64,000 nt of DNA from Eremomyces bilateralis CBS 781.70 (Eukaryota). How positions within the stretch are numbered: position 1 is the first letter of the stretch; each line of letters opens with the position of its first letter. A program made the position numbers and the translations under genes. This document shows positions 10,797 to 24,996 of the stretch, piece after piece. The notes under the pieces were generated by a model that made no database searches, was not told where the DNA came from, and saw nothing but the letters and a program-made list of their open reading frames with translations. The stretch lies in assembly GCA_010015585.1 (NCBI GenBank), contig ML975155.1, one strand, 5' to 3'.

Positions 10797-13700
10797 TTAC
10801 ATCCCCTCGACCTCCCCGATCGGCCCATCGATAGGCGATCCGATCGCCAGGCCCATTCCGTCGCTGTGGCCGTTGGTAGCGGCGTCCATCTCCAGCTTCT
10901 CCTGCTGCGCGATCGCCTGGGCGGAGACGATTTCGGCGAGGCGTTTGAGGCGGGGGGTTTGGAGCCCTGTTGATATGTTAGCGAACGGGATCTTTTACCT
11001 AATCGTTGGGGACTGGGGATAGACACTTACAGCTCGGAGTATACGTCTCCAGCGCGGTGATGCGGCGTGGCTCGGCGATCTCGTAGGGCCCGGAATCCTC
11101 CATGTCGACGGCGGTGAGGAGCAGGACGTCGCTCTTCTCAGTGACACGGCTGGCTACGGCCTTCATGATCTCGCCGTTGATGGGCTGCTCGTAGTCGGCG
11201 ACGAGGTATTGGTTGAGGAGCTTCTGGATCTGGCTGGGTGACAGCATCCAACAGATGTCCTGGATGATTTCGATGTCGTTGAGGGTGGCTTTCTTGAGCT
11301 GGAGGAGTTTGGTGGCTTGCTATGAAGGGGTTAGGATGGGGGCCGGCCAAATCTTCACAAGTGTGGACTTACCATTAAATGCTCGAGTTGCAACGTCCCC
11401 TCCGGCATGTCGTGGCTCTTGCACCATTCTTCGATCCTCGTGATGTTGTAGTTGATCTGCAACCCGCGCTTCCAGCTGAGGAAGTTCCTCCGCATCAGCA
11501 GATCGTTGAACGCCGTGACGCCCACCAGGCGCAGCAGCTCGGTGATCGCCTGCGTGATGATGGTGTCCTCGAGGTAGTACGCCTTCATGGCCTTGTAGAC
11601 GTTGTTCAGCAGGCTCAGCAGGTTGTCCATCGAGTAGGCGGGTGCGGAGTTCGACTGTAGCAATTTGCCGAGGAAGCGGCTCGATTCATTGGTCACGAAG
11701 CCCGGGAGCGACTGGCTCTCGATGATGGCGGGGACGATCATCTTGTGCAACTTCTTCTTCAGCGACTTCATCCACGTGTGGTAGATGTTGAACTCTAGCG
11801 ACTCGAGGTCGTGCTTGACGATCTCCAGCAGCCGGTCGTACTCGTAGTTGTCCGTCTTCTGCTGCTCGTACCAGTCCTCGGCGAGGAACACGAAGCTGAG
11901 CATCTCGTGCACGTTGGACAACCAGAACGCCCCGAGGTTGGTCGCGTCGTCGCCGTCATGGCCCATCACCTCCTGCTGCACGCTGGCCATGACGTTGGCG
12001 AGGAACTTCTCCGACTCCTTCACGAATCCGTTGTTCCACATCTCGCTCGTCACAAGGTTGATAAGGTACGCCGGGAACAGGACCTCCTTGTCCGTCGGCG
12101 GCGGCGTCCCGCTGGGGGCAGGGATCCGTAGACTGGAGATCAACCCGAACGTCACCTCGTTGTTCAGGCCATCCTCATCTGACAGTAAGTTCTCGAGCTC
12201 CAGCTCGATGTTCTCCAGCTGCGGGCTGTACGTGGCGGCAGCATTCTGTCGCACCCCGCTCGACACGACCGCCATGCTGACAGGCCGCGGGTTGTATTGC
12301 GAGCTGAACCGATCCATATGGACGGGCTCGGCGCCTGCACTGCGTCGCTTGGGCCGCTTGCTGCTGACGAGGTTGATGAGTCCGGAGGCCGGGGCGTGCG
12401 AGGAGCCATTGGTCATCTCGCCGTTGATCGGCGCGTTGCGCTTCGCCAGTTCGAGCTGGTCTTGCAGATCGATGAGCTGTTGGCGGAGGCTGTTCTTCTC
12501 GGTTTCGTTCTGGGTGGAGCGGCGCTTGGACTGCTTGAGCTCGCCTTCGGTAACGCGGAGAGATTCGCGGAGGGTCTTTTCTTCGTCTTGGAGGCGGCGG
12601 AGGTTGTGTTGCGTTTCTTCATGCTGCTGTTGCAATCGCTTGAAGTCGCTTTCCATTTGCGACAACCGAGCGGCGGTGATACCGGCTTGGTTGGCTTCGG
12701 CCTGCAGCTCTTTCGTGCGCGCTTCGAGGGCGGTGTGTCGCGTCCTCCAGGTCTTGATCTGGCTCTCGTAATTCTCGACCTTGCTCAGCAGCGTGTTGTT
12801 CTCGCGCTTCATCGTGCCCAGCGTCTGGGTCAGTTCGACGACCTTGTTCTCCAGCTTGTACGAGATCTGCTTGAGATCGCGGGCCTCCTCGCGCATCGTC
12901 TTGTACGTGGCGCGCGCCTCCCTCCCTCGCCACAAGCTCTGCACGATGACCACCTTGCGACGATAATTGCGCCACGCTTTGAGATCGCGGTTCGAGCGCC
13001 AGTTGCGTTGAATGATGCGCGCGGCGTTGCCGAGTCGAGTGTCCAGGATGTTCTTGCGGCAGAGGAACGCCTTCGCGCGGGATTGGAACTCGATAATATT
13101 GTTGCGCGTGGTGACATATTCCTTGCGGACTTTTTGGCCGCGCCAGAGGGTCTGGATCATCGTGGCGGCCCGGATCTGGCGCGCGTGTTCTGCCCGCATA
13201 CGCGCCAGGTGCGCACGCATGAGGGACTGGAAATCGATGATCGACTCGCGGGCTTCGAGGTACTTTCGTCGATAATACTTGGCTCGCAGATTCTTCTGGA
13301 TCATGATAGCCGCGTTGTTCAACCTATTCGTCCGCAGATTTTCCAAAAAGGCGAGCATGCCGGCGCGGAAGAAGATCTTGGTGAGACCCAGCTGATATTT
13401 GTCGGTCCCGTCGTTCTTCGCCGCTCCAAGAGCCTTCCTCAGAATTACGTCCGCCATGTCTCGAATCTCTGGAGTCCAATGATGCGATGTAACCAACATG
13501 TAGTAACGCAGCGCGAATTCTTCGTACGTCCATCGCGTTGGGTAACCGGCGCAACTGATTCGTACGGTTTCCAGAACACCACAAGCCCGCAGTTGAGACA
13601 GGACCATCGGCCCCTCGAACTTCCACGACTCCTTCCCTTCGTTGGGTTTGATACAGCGGATATAGTGCACATCCGTGGAATTAATCGTATTCATCAGCTC

Positions 13701-15804
13701 GATCAACGAGGATCGGAAGATGCCACCCAGCGTTGGTTTCCGGTTCACCGCGACACCAACACGCCTGCCCGAGGTTGCCATTGCGCCAGTCTTTTGGTTG
13801 TTTGCGCTGAGGCCGTCTTTTTCTCGGACGGTGGCGGCGGACTCGAGCACTTCGGCCAAGAATTGATTGGACGTGGACTTGAGGACCTCCATGTGCTCAT
13901 CGGGAACAGTATCTCTATTCTTCTCGATGAACCCATCCGACTCGTAGGTCACGTCAATCGCGTAATGGCAAACGGTGAAAGCACTCTTGCCAAACCTTGG
14001 CTTCTTGTAGAATTTGTGCTTGTCGCCCGAGAAGTTGTGGTGGAGCTTGGTGACGAACTGCTCATCACTGCCCATGGGCAGCCTCGATTCCTCATCCAAC
14101 AGCGAGAGGACTCCCATCTTCCCTTCGATTAGGTCAATGCAGGGCTGATTATCCGAGAAATCGATGAACGTCCAATCAATCTGCTCGCGGAGATATTCCT
14201 CCTGCTCCAGCTTGAAGACGTGCTGGTTAAACTCCTGCTGCAGCTTCTCGTTCGCGTAGTTGATACAGAACTGCTCGAACGAGTTCTTCGCGAAGTGCTC
14301 GAACCCGTAGATATCGAGCACGCCGATGAAGGTCGTCGCGTGGGTGAGGACATCTTCGGTCGCGAGGCTGAAGTTGATAACGTTGACCAGCCAATCGAAC
14401 AGGCTCGAGTAGATGAACTTGGCCACCGAATCGCGGACAACCACGGCTTGCGCATGCGTCAGGTTGGACGTGATCTTCTCGCCGCGAGTGATCAATTGCT
14501 TCTTTACCGTCCATTTCGCAAACGTAGTCGAATCGATGCCAAGGAGCTCGCAAGCGGTGACAAGAGCAGGCTCATCAGGGGCGAGGACCGAGTCGGTACG
14601 GCTGGAGGTGATCTTGACATTGCCGATATGCAGCAGCGCCGCCAGGATTCGGAAGATTTCAGACTGCCGTGCAGGTTCGACACCGATCGTGGTCAGCGAC
14701 TGTTTGGTCGCGTTGAACTCGGCTCGATCGTCGACTCCGTCGATGGTTGGCGAGCTGCCTTGGTTCAGGTAGCTGAAGTCCTCCACCGACCCGAGGCTGA
14801 GCGCCTCCTTCTCCGCATCGGACGCTCCCGCCACCAGCTGATAGAAGATGTGGTAATTCCGTTCCTTCAACGGCTGGAACACCAACCGTGACCGCTCCAG
14901 CAGGTATGTCCGAATTTTCGCGCCGATGATCTCAGTGTCCCGGTTAAACATGATCTCGATATACTTCCCGAACCGCGAGGAATTGTCGTTCCGCGTAGTC
15001 TTCGCGTTCCCGAACGCCTCCATGATGGGGTTGGTGGCGAGGATCTGCTCCTCGGTCTCGCTCATGGCGTCGCCGCCCTTTCGTAGCCGCTTGCTGGGGG
15101 AGTCGGGGGATTCGCGCGTCGCGAAGTATCGCATGATGTATTTGGCGCTGACGGTTTTCCCGGCGCCGGACTCACCGGACACCACGATGGTCTGGTTTCG
15201 TTGGTCGCGGATCATGTCGGCAAACGCCTCTTCCGCGATGGCGAACAGATGCGGCGCCTGGGACGAACGCTGTTTGCCGGCGTACACCTGCACCATGCCG
15301 GGGACATAGAGGTTGTCGACGCGCGCGAAGGGATTCGTGGCTATCAATACGATCCCGCTATATGTATAGATCTCCTTCTGCGCATATCGTAGTCTAATCG
15401 CTTGCAGCACTGATCTTATTGTCAGTATCCGGCATTCCGTAGATAGGTATAGGGTCTAGGAGACATGTTCATACCGGCAGGCTCGTTTAAATGAGATAAA
15501 TTCGTCAGGTCATCGCTAGCCTCCAGCATGGCCGGATTCATCAAGGGGGGTAAGACACCTCCGGCATCGTTCTCTACAATGTCTAGAGTGGTTTCGACTG
15601 TCCGAGCCTATACCTCGTCGCATCAGCATACTTCCACGATGGTATACGTTTCTATCAGGGTCCACATACCTCTCCAGTGTCCAATCTAAAGATCAACTGC
15701 ACTTTCTCTCCATTGATCTTTTTCTCCTCCAACTCCGAGGCAACCCATCCCTCGGCCTGATCGGGTTGCCATGCTCTCGTGCCGACTTCGTATATATGTG
15801 CCAT
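10797..15804 (-). CDS. MYO2: Class V myosin heavy chain
   Basis: Start MAHIYEVGTRAWQPD, P-loop GESGAGKT, NDNSSRFGK, DIYGFE, IQ repeats, coiled coil and DIL cargo domain. Several short introns; last exon ends GEVEGM* at 10797. Confidence 0.97.
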
Positions 15805-17433
15805 CGTGCAGGGCGTCGAATGGGAAGGGACGCTCCCACGGAGCTCCTACCGATGTTTCCACGTGTCGGGTCTATCGGAGACGAATGGGATACGGCACGG
15901 CGGAAGTCGCGAGGAGAGAACCACGGGGATCGAACCAGAATGGAAGGGGGAGGATCGGTGGACAAAAGCAAGGTCTCCCTGAGGCCGAACCCAACGCCGA
16001 TGCTATGAGGAAAGCAGGAGGGGAAATGGCATCCGTCGGGACCTGGAATCCAATCAAGAAGAAGGATAAAAAAGAAGGGGGAAATGATGATGATAACGGA
16101 TGGAAGGAATTGAAGGATGAATGATAAGGGGAAGCAAAGAAGAAGAGGAGGGCCCAGCTGATGTGTCGAGGATGAAGATGAGGATTGATGATGATGAGTC
16201 CAGGTGGATAAGGTATGGAATATGGAGAAAGGTCCGAAAGTAAGGTCCGAAAGTATGGACGGTGATGATGACCAGTCCCTTTCTTTGGGATTTCGGCCTT
16301 TTGGGAGCGGAAGAAATGTTCGAGAAGTCGGGTCCTTCTGGCGTCGGTCTGGCGTCTGGCTGGCGTGTGCTTCTCCGGCCGGCGGCACGGGCCAAAGGTG
16401 TGTGTGTCTCTGGCCTCTGCTCTGTCACTACTCTACTGTGTCTCGAATAATTAACTCTCTAATCTGCGGAATATGTCTAGTTATCGAGAGTCGGCTCTCC
16501 CGGTCTCTCCCTGCAACCATTAACCAACCACGCGGATGATCCGAACACCGTGTATGGAACTATGGATAGAATCATAGAAGTAGATCGAGTACGGCAGTTT
16601 CAAGCACCTTGGAACATGCAATAGATGATCAGAATCGCGGTTAACCAGAATCTATTTTCTCCTGAATTCCCTCCTCACCGCCTATGATTAGCCTTCCCCC
16701 GCCAACTGCATGACCGCATTCAGCAGTGAATAGATCAGGAACACCATTGACCATTCATGTATTATTCACTACTGCAAGCCTCCTCGTCTGACCACCAACG
16801 GCCTCCACACCCTCCATCGCCCATCGACTGTTCGCTCTTGATGGCCTCCATTCCGCCCTATCATATGTGGCACGGGGGACCCCGCCCTCTCTGCATGCAG
16901 CGTCGTAGCGTCGGCTCACCCTGCTGTGTAACGCTGGGAGACAAAGCATTGCTCGCCACACATGGTACGGGGCTGGCGACGATGACGAGATCATCCATCT
17001 ATAAAAACGTGATATCCTGGTGGAGTTCGTAGAGTAGAGAAAAGGGGACATATTTCCTGCCAAGTTGCATCTAATTACCTAGAATGGATAGTCATGTCCA
17101 TTTAGGGAGAGTTGGGTTGTTTCATAATATCTCGGCGGGATGTCGAATGGTCGATCCATCCCGCGGCCCCCGCAACGAGGCTCTCCTATTCGCTTGACCC
17201 GCAGTTAAATGCTGGCTATGTATTCCTTCCATCGCCGCCATGATTTTATATCTTCCGCAAGAACGCCGTCCGCATGTTAAATGTCCGTCCAAATATCCTG
17301 GAATAGCTTTTAGACGCGCTGGATCTGATGTGCCGTGCCGTTGAGGTTCTACACGCGTGCCGTGTCCCGGTTGCTAAGGCTAGGACTGAGTTGAGTTGAT
17401 GTACAATAGATAAAACAGAAAAGTATGCTCCCC

Positions 17434-19041
17434 CTAATACAGCATGCGAGTGCGAATGCAAGCTTTCGATGGTCAGCCGTTCTATCCAACTCATAAAAGC
17501 GCAGGGGAAAAACTCACAAGTCAACTCCTCCAAGCTGTGCCAGATCTCCTTGATCTCATTCTGATCGACGTCGCTGATATCCGCCATCAGATACGCCACC
17601 TCCCCTCGGCTGTCCGTCATCTGCTTGTCAACGTTATGGTTCCCCAGTACCTCGTTGACCTTTCGCAGTACGCCCGGCACGTTGCGATGGATGTAGATGA
17701 CCTGCGTTGTCTCGTCAGCTGCCGTTCCAATGGACCCGATTCAACCCCATGACTTACCCGTAGCGTCGCCGTCTGATCCGGCGTCAGGCTTCGGAGGTTC
17801 ACCTCCGGCATGTTCACCGCGCCGATCGTGTTGCCCTCGTTGACGTACCGCGCCAGCGCCTCGCCCACCTCCGTCCCGATGGCGCTCTGCGCCTCCTCCG
17901 TGCTGCCGCCGATATGCGGCGTGAGGATGAGGTTCTTCAGGCTGCGGAGATCATCCACCCAGGCGCTGAGCTCGTGGTTGAAATAATCCCCATTGCCACC
18001 GGGCTCGTTCGGGTAGACATCCAGTGCGGCGCCGGCCAGCTTCCCGCTGCGCATCGCGTTGATCAGCGCGGGGATATCGACGACGCTCCCTCGCGCGTTA
18101 TTGATCAAGTAACTCCCCTTCTTCATCCATCCGAACTCCTGCTCCCCAAACATCCCCGTCGTCTCCGGCGTCTCCGGCACATGCAGCGTCACGAAGTCCG
18201 ACAGCTCTAGGCAGTCCTTCAGCGTCGCCGTCTGCCGCGCCACCCCCAGTGCCATCAGGTTCACCACGTCGTAGTAGATCACCGTCATCCCCATCGCCTC
18301 CGCGAGCACGCTCAGCTGGCTGCCGATGTGTCCGTACCCCACGATCCCCAGCGTCTTCCCGCGCACCTCCCAGCACCCCGCGCTGACTTTGTTCCACGTC
18401 CCCGAGTGCAGCTCCGTGCTGCGGTCGCCCAGCTGCCGCGCTAGCGCGATTACCTCGCCGATCACCAGTTCGGCGACCGAGCGGGAGTTGCTGAAGGGGG
18501 AGTTGAACACTGCGATGCCGCGGCGGGCCGCATGCGCGAGGTCGACTTGGTTGGTGCCGATGCAGAAGCAGCCGATGACGAGGAGGTGTTGGGCGGCGTC
18601 GAGGACGCGGGCGGTGAGCTTGGTTTTGGAGCGGATGCCGATGACGTGGACGTCTCTGTTATCAAGCCGCATGGTTAGAATCTTCTGTATATATGAGAGC
18701 GTCGTAGGCGGGGGACGGTCGACAACACCCACTCACTTAATTTTCTGTATCAACTCGTCTTCCGGTAAACTCTTCTTCACGCATTCCACCTGATACCCCG
18801 CGCCCCGCAGGATGTTCACGCCGGTCGCGTTCACATTCTCGAGCAGCAGCACCTTCACGTCCTCGGTGGCGAACGGCTTCAACTGCCGGGCGGTTGAGAC
18901 CCGCGTCAACGGTGCCCCGCCAGCATTGCTGGGCGAGTGGAAGGCGAGCGTCGGCGAGCTCGAGACCGTATTCCAGGAATTCGAGACCGAGTCCTGCGTC
19001 TTGCGCGTGCCTTGGATGTCGAGTTCGGAGGCGGGTGCCAT
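17434..19041 (-). CDS. SER3: D-3-phosphoglycerate dehydrogenase
   Basis: LKPFATEDVKVLLLENVN, IGIRSKT, GCFCIGTNQVDL, GIVGYGHIG, TPHIGGSTEEAQ, and a C-terminal ACT domain (HRNVPGVLR...IRTRMLY*), intron-split. Confidence 0.95.
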
Positions 19042-20086
19042 CTTGGTGCGAGGTCGGAGGAAATCCGTCGAGGTGTGAAGCGGTCGAGGCGAAGGTTTTA
19101 GGATGGAGGGAACAGAAAGGAAGCAATTGGGAGAACAATGGAAATACCCGAGACTTATTCGGAGCGTTCAATGCGTTTTATACTCGTATGTTTCAAAATT
19201 GGAAGGGTGGTGACTGGTTAGATCGGCTCAACAAATATCCCACCCAAAATTTCTCTCACCGGCGTCGACTCATCGGCGAGGATGACGCGATGGGATTTTT
19301 GGTGGGGGGGTGGTCTGACGATTCCCCGCGACACCCCTCGCCTGCAACGCCTGCAACGCAGATCCCAATGCAAGATGCATCGGAATTCATGCAGTCAGCG
19401 TTAGGCGGGATCGGAGATGTCCAGAAAAGTATGTGAGCCTCACTGTTGCCCCTGCAAGACGACTGGAAGTTTACATAGTGTTCAATGCTCGACTGCTGCT
19501 TGGCCTCATTGAAAATGGATGGATTGTCTCTATGGTAGATACCTCGATACCAGCAGTGGAATAAGCTCATACACGTACAACAGTCAATCCAGCCGATCAT
19601 CACCAGTCATCGATCATGCAATGTGTAACCGGATTTTCCCCATGCTGGAGTCTACTTGATAAAGGACCATTTTACCTCATGAATGAGGGACAAGGCAACC
19701 CATCCCTAACGAACCACCCATCCATCTCCCGAACAAAAGCAAATACGCGCCGAAAAAGCAACCACGATCCTGTCGAATGCCCGTTTCTGCCGTCGTGCGC
19801 GTTCATGAATCGGATCTCCCCCAGCATGCAAAAAACGTCCCCCCGACAGCAAAACCCGACGATTAAGGAGCGTAACGTGGTGGGTTTGATTATTAGATAT
19901 GCAACGTGAATTGGAAGGCAGGAAAGCAATCATGGTTGGGCCCGATGAAACGGAGTGTGCGGCCCGCTTTAGGGGGTGCCGGCGTAAGGCGTGCAGGATG
20001 GCGATTAACGGTAGCTGGGCGCTTCCGCGGGTAAAGCCTCACCGGCGTCATTTGATGTTGGATCATTTGACCGGGACTACCGACGC

Positions 20087-21603
20087 TTAGCTTTGTTTGC
20101 ACTCCGCGGCCTCTTGCTTGGGCTTACCGCCCTCCTCCTAGGTTCTGTTAGCTTTCGCGTCGTGGACACCGTGGAAACCCGTCGTACATACGCCATCATC
20201 GGATTCCTCGTCATCGTCGCGGTCATCGCTGAGATCGTCTTCCTCCTCCTCGTCGAAGTCGTCGAACTCGTCCTCATCCAGATCCTCGAACTGCTCGTAT
20301 CGCAACGCTTCGCCGGTGAACCAGTCGATGGCGCGGGGGATGAGCTTCTCCTTGATGTCTTCGCCGAGCTGGTAGTCGAGCTCGAGACGATCCTCGATGT
20401 CGTCGTCGGGATCGCGCTCGTCGTCGTCTGACGGTGCCTCCGGGGGGCTGAAGAAGTTGAAGAACGATTCCGTGGGGACGGTGCGCTTCACGATGCGGGT
20501 TTGCTTGGTGGCTAATCGGAGGTAATCAGTATATGCATCCACTGCAAGGGATGAACGGGGGCTTACTCTTGTTGCGCTGCTTCTTGCTCTCTACTTGGAC
20601 GGTGAGGTCCTTGCCCGCTTTCCAGTCAATCTTGTCGCCTTCAGCATGATCGTAGATGAAATCGCCACCGTATCCGTTCTCTTCCTGGTAGAAGTAGGAC
20701 TTGGTGATCGTCTTGTTGGTGAAGAACTCGTTCTCCTGGAACTCGAAGATCAGGCGGAACCCGGGACGGTCAAGGTATTCCATGCGGACGTCGGTCAGAT
20801 TCTTCAGGGCCTGCTCGTCCCGGTCTGTGATCAAATCGGCCAGCGAGATGTTGCTCTTCATGGCGGACAGCCAGAACTCGGGAATGCCCTTGACATCGGT
20901 GGCCTGGTCCGCCTCTTCGGACGGCTCGCCGATCCCGCCTTCCTTCAGCTGTTCCTCTCCGGTCGTGATCTCATCCTCGGTCGGCTCCACCTCGCCGTTG
21001 ACGACCTTCGCTCGCTTCTGGTACAGCGGGGTGAACTTGGCGAAGTACTTCTTCTCGAGCGCCAAGACTTCTTCCTGGAACTCGGCTTCGAGCTTCGAGT
21101 GCTCCTTTTGCACGGCCTTGAGGCCAGCAAGTCGTCGTCGAACCACCAGCGGCAGCTTCTCCACGTATCCAGAGGGCTGACCGACCAGGTGGTTCAGCCG
21201 TCCTTGGATGGCGGCGAGGATGCGCGGGTCTTTTGAAAGGGTGGAAAGGGCGGCGACTCGGTCAAGTTCCTCTGTGAAGCGGGGACGATGTTAGATGGAG
21301 ATCATAAATAAGACTTTCCTTGGAGGGGATCTCGTACCTTCATCGATGGTGGAAACACCCGGCTCTTGAGCCCTTGAAGATATCGGTGCCGCGTTGGCGG
21401 GAGTATTTTGAGGAGTGCTAGTTAAGGAGATCGGTTAGTCCATGATGATTTCTCGGTGCTTGGGGTGGGTGGTCTACGGTGGTGGTGGTTCAAAAACTTT
21501 CGTGCATGCAAAAACCCAGCGTGGGGCAATGGAAGTGTTTGTGAGAGACTTACGGAGCGGTACTCATGGTATCGAGCTTCTTGTTTCTGATGGGTTCCGA
21601 CAT
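20087..21603 (-). CDS. NAP1: Nucleosome assembly protein 1
   Basis: Start [42 protein letters not shown], acidic tail and AAECKQS* end; multi-exon. Confidence 0.95.
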
Positions 21604-22418
21604 GATGCAGGAATAAGCCTGGCTTGGCTTTCGATATGTTTGGAGAGTGTTAAAGGAGTTCTAAGGACGGAGAACAAGCGAATCTGATGGGAGATGGGGG
21701 TGATGTAGGTATGTGGGTATGTGGGATGTTGAGGGTTGAGAGAGATTCTCAGTTTTGTTAGTGTCAGAGTGAGAGAGAACCTGAAAGCGGGAACTGGATG
21801 CGGCGCCTTATGACAAAGTTCAGTTGCTCACTAGTGCCTCTGCCAACCGATCTTACGCGGGTCAGGGCTTTCTACTTCCCCGTCGAAATTTTCGCCTCCC
21901 TGGATGGACTCTGGAATCAGTTGGGCAGGAGAAAATGGATCAGATGGCGAAAACACTTTCGGTACTTTGCGAGCCAAGTGAACGCAGATTATTGTTCTGA
22001 AATCTCCAGGTCTCACCGCCTCCCGGTTGATCTTCGGTCGAGGTCGACATCTAGGGGGGGCGGCTAGGGAAGGGAGAATCGATGGCGGGGACCTAGACCA
22101 TCCCTCTCTGTCTCTTACTTTCTTTGGGAATTCAGAACACCTTTATTAACCCATGGCATCTAACGTTAAAGAAAGTACCGAACATTCTACTCTATTTAGT
22201 TGGGTATGGTAGACCGGTGGACTCGCTCTCAAAATCGCTCACCCCTAATGAGCCTCCCTACAATGCTGTCACACGATGACAATGGCGTCGACATCAGTAC
22301 AATATCCATCAGTCTCGTAATTTCTATTCTCTATTATAGTACTCCGTACACCCCACCATACCAAGTACCAATTCCCATCTATCCCATGGCATCGTTCCCA
22401 GCCTGTTGTGCAACAGTG

Positions 22419-24292
22419 TTAGTCCACCCGCCGCAACCGACGAGTCATGTGCGCCGCCCCAAATGCGGCCAACCCCCCGATAAAGAGACAAACCGCAATG
22501 GCGTTCGGCCCATCCGTGGAATTCTGCTCATCGGGACCCGCCTGTTTGTCTAGCTCGGGACTTTTGCCGGGTTCGAGAATGGAAAACACGATCCACGACA
22601 AAAACGTGCCAAGAAACTGGGGCAGGGTGGTGAAGATGTTGAGGATCCCAAGGTAGACACCCGTCAGCTCCCCGGGACCATTTTCGCCGGCATCGACGGT
22701 CGATCGAGATGGAATTCCGGTGGATTCGGGATCGTTCTTGTCTCGGAAGGAGTCTTTCTCGTTTTCGAGCTTGCTCATCCGGTTGATCTCGATTCCCATG
22801 AAGGTAAAGGGAGCCCAGCATTGTAGTGCCCATGGACTATATCAAAGAATCAGCTGGTGCCACAGACTCCGGAACGATATATCAACTTACACTCCGCAGA
22901 CTCCAACTATCACGGTCGCCATCCCTAGCGAAGTGATGAACGGAGCCATACACATCGCCACCGCGAACATAAGGTGAGAAGTAGCCCATACCCCAAGCAG
23001 ATCCGGTCGTCTTGACTCGAACATCCGAGCCACCTTCTCCAATTGCACCGGGGGTCGAGGCGTGTATCCCGACTCGTCCGAATCAGGCGATCGGACGAGC
23101 CAAGGGAGCGCCACACTCGACACGAAAGTGACCGTCGAAAATGCCACCAACGTCAAACTCCCTACCCGGCCGATCTCGCCGAGCGTGTCGGGATGCTCGC
23201 GAACGTCGTCGCGGACATTGTATCGGAGCCAGATCTCACCCAGCCAGGTGGACGTGTAGAACAGGAACGGGAACCACCCGATCCAACTCCAGAACTGGAC
23301 CCAGCAAATTACCGCGATTCGGGGTGGTAGGTGTCGCATAGTTTTGAGGATGTGCGTCACCATCTCGATAGCGCCCATGCCATCGTCGTCCGAACTACTA
23401 TAGCAAGGTATTAAAACCGGTGAATACGGCCGTTGAAGTGTTCTGGAAGCGTGACTTACCCGTTCGCAAGTAGCGGCTTTTCTGTGACGCCCCAGCAAGT
23501 CAATCCCACGGAGCCGAGCAGCATCATCGCCGATACCATCACCATCTGCTTGAATTGAGAGTCGCCAAGGACGGTACCAAACACCTTCGCCAGGTCCAGA
23601 GACCCAATCGCGTATCCCAATAGATGCCCAACGGCAACCATCCGACTCGCCCACGCACTTCCCATCTGCTGCTTCGACGCCGGTAACGTGTCCACGATCA
23701 AACTCCTCGAGCTCGCCTGGACCGCATTGATCGCGAAATCGATTCCGTAAATCGCCAGGACGGCCGCCGCGATCGTGACGTCCTTCTCCATCGCCGAATC
23801 GAAGACGACAACCGACATGATCTGCCGCGTCCACCCAAGGAGGATCAACGAGAAGATCACAATGACGGTGCCGCCAATCATGAAGGGTCTGCGACGACCC
23901 CAGGGTGAACGCGATCGATCGGCAAGAGCTCCCACGAGGGGCTGCATGATGAGACCGGAAAGGGGACCGGCGAGCCATACTAGGGAAACGCGGGATTTCG
24001 TGAGTCCTAACTCGAGGAGGTACGGAGTGCAATAGGCTACGGGTCGTGTGAGCGGCGTGCTTTGAACGTTTAGATCCATAGAGCAAAAGGACGTATGCAC
24101 ATGGAGGGACAATACATACTCATCTCAATGCTCCAAGTGAATCTAAAATATGTGTCAGGTATGCTTCGGACGATATGGGGTATAGGGATCATACTGTATC
24201 CCCACCAAGCAGGCAGTAAGAAGAAACATCCTCGTCGCCTCTGACGAGCCTTTAATTCCCCCATCATTCAAAAATCGACCTTGACCTCCCAT
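22419..24292 (-). CDS. Sucrose/alpha-glucoside:H+ symporter (Sut1/SLC45-like MFS); start codon uncertain
   Basis: Spliced IKGSSEATRMFLLT...IQFTWSIEMTYCTPYLL, VWLAGPLSGLIMQPLVG, DRSRSPWGRRRPF, WIGWFPFLFY, GVYLGILNIFTTLPQF. A branch/acceptor just upstream of the 24292 ATG means an additional upstream exon is possible. Confidence 0.88.
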
Positions 24293-24996
24293 CTTCTTGG
24301 GTTATCAAAGGCATCGATTAGGAGCTATTGGTTGACCGCAAACCGGGTCAGGGCTAGTGAGAGCGAGCAGGAAACAACCCAAAGAGTGACTTTGGTCAGA
24401 CAAGGAGACTGTGCGACGATCAACAAGTAGAACTGGAAATTGGAGAAATGAAATCGTGAAGCAGCGGGAGAGTAAGACTTTGAAATACTGTGGTCATACC
24501 AAGTACCAAGGAGACTTGCCGAGCCTCTCAACAATCGACGCATGCTGGGACCCGCTTGTTCCGGATATCAAGGCAAGCCCCAAGGGGTACGTGTACAGTA
24601 CAGTTCATATGGGTCGCCTACCGGTCCTTACGGTATGGACCTTAATGACCGAATTTTGGCTTCCTACATCCCATGGCATGGACGCCATAAAGTCCGGATT
24701 ATCTGGTGCGATTGCCAGCGTGAGGTATTGCGCTGGTCAGTGGTGACGAATCCGATGCCAAGAACTTAAAGGATGAACTGCCAAATCTCACTAGTCCAGA
24801 AATGGTTAAGTGCGAAAACCCCACGTGGCAGGGATTCGACGAGATTTGAAAACTTTCCAGGCTACCAGAGAGTAACGAGACCACTCACTATTTGGAGGAA
24901 TTCCGTCTCGCAAAACCGCTGGACTACCACGATAAAAGTATGCATGGCCCTGGAATCTGCTAGTATCACCGTTGCTAACATCTTGCCAGGTTCAAA

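Noticed and set aside
12297..14132. 611-aa plus-strand ORF and other long antisense ORFs over MYO2, NAP1, NOP2, SER3 and the GMPP gene
   Set aside because: Shadow frames caused by high GC3 codon bias of the real genes; no recognisable domains.
15693..16388. 231-aa ORF overlapping the MYO2 start as a possible uORF
   Set aside because: Starts at GTG rather than ATG and reflects a pyrimidine-rich, stop-poor leader.
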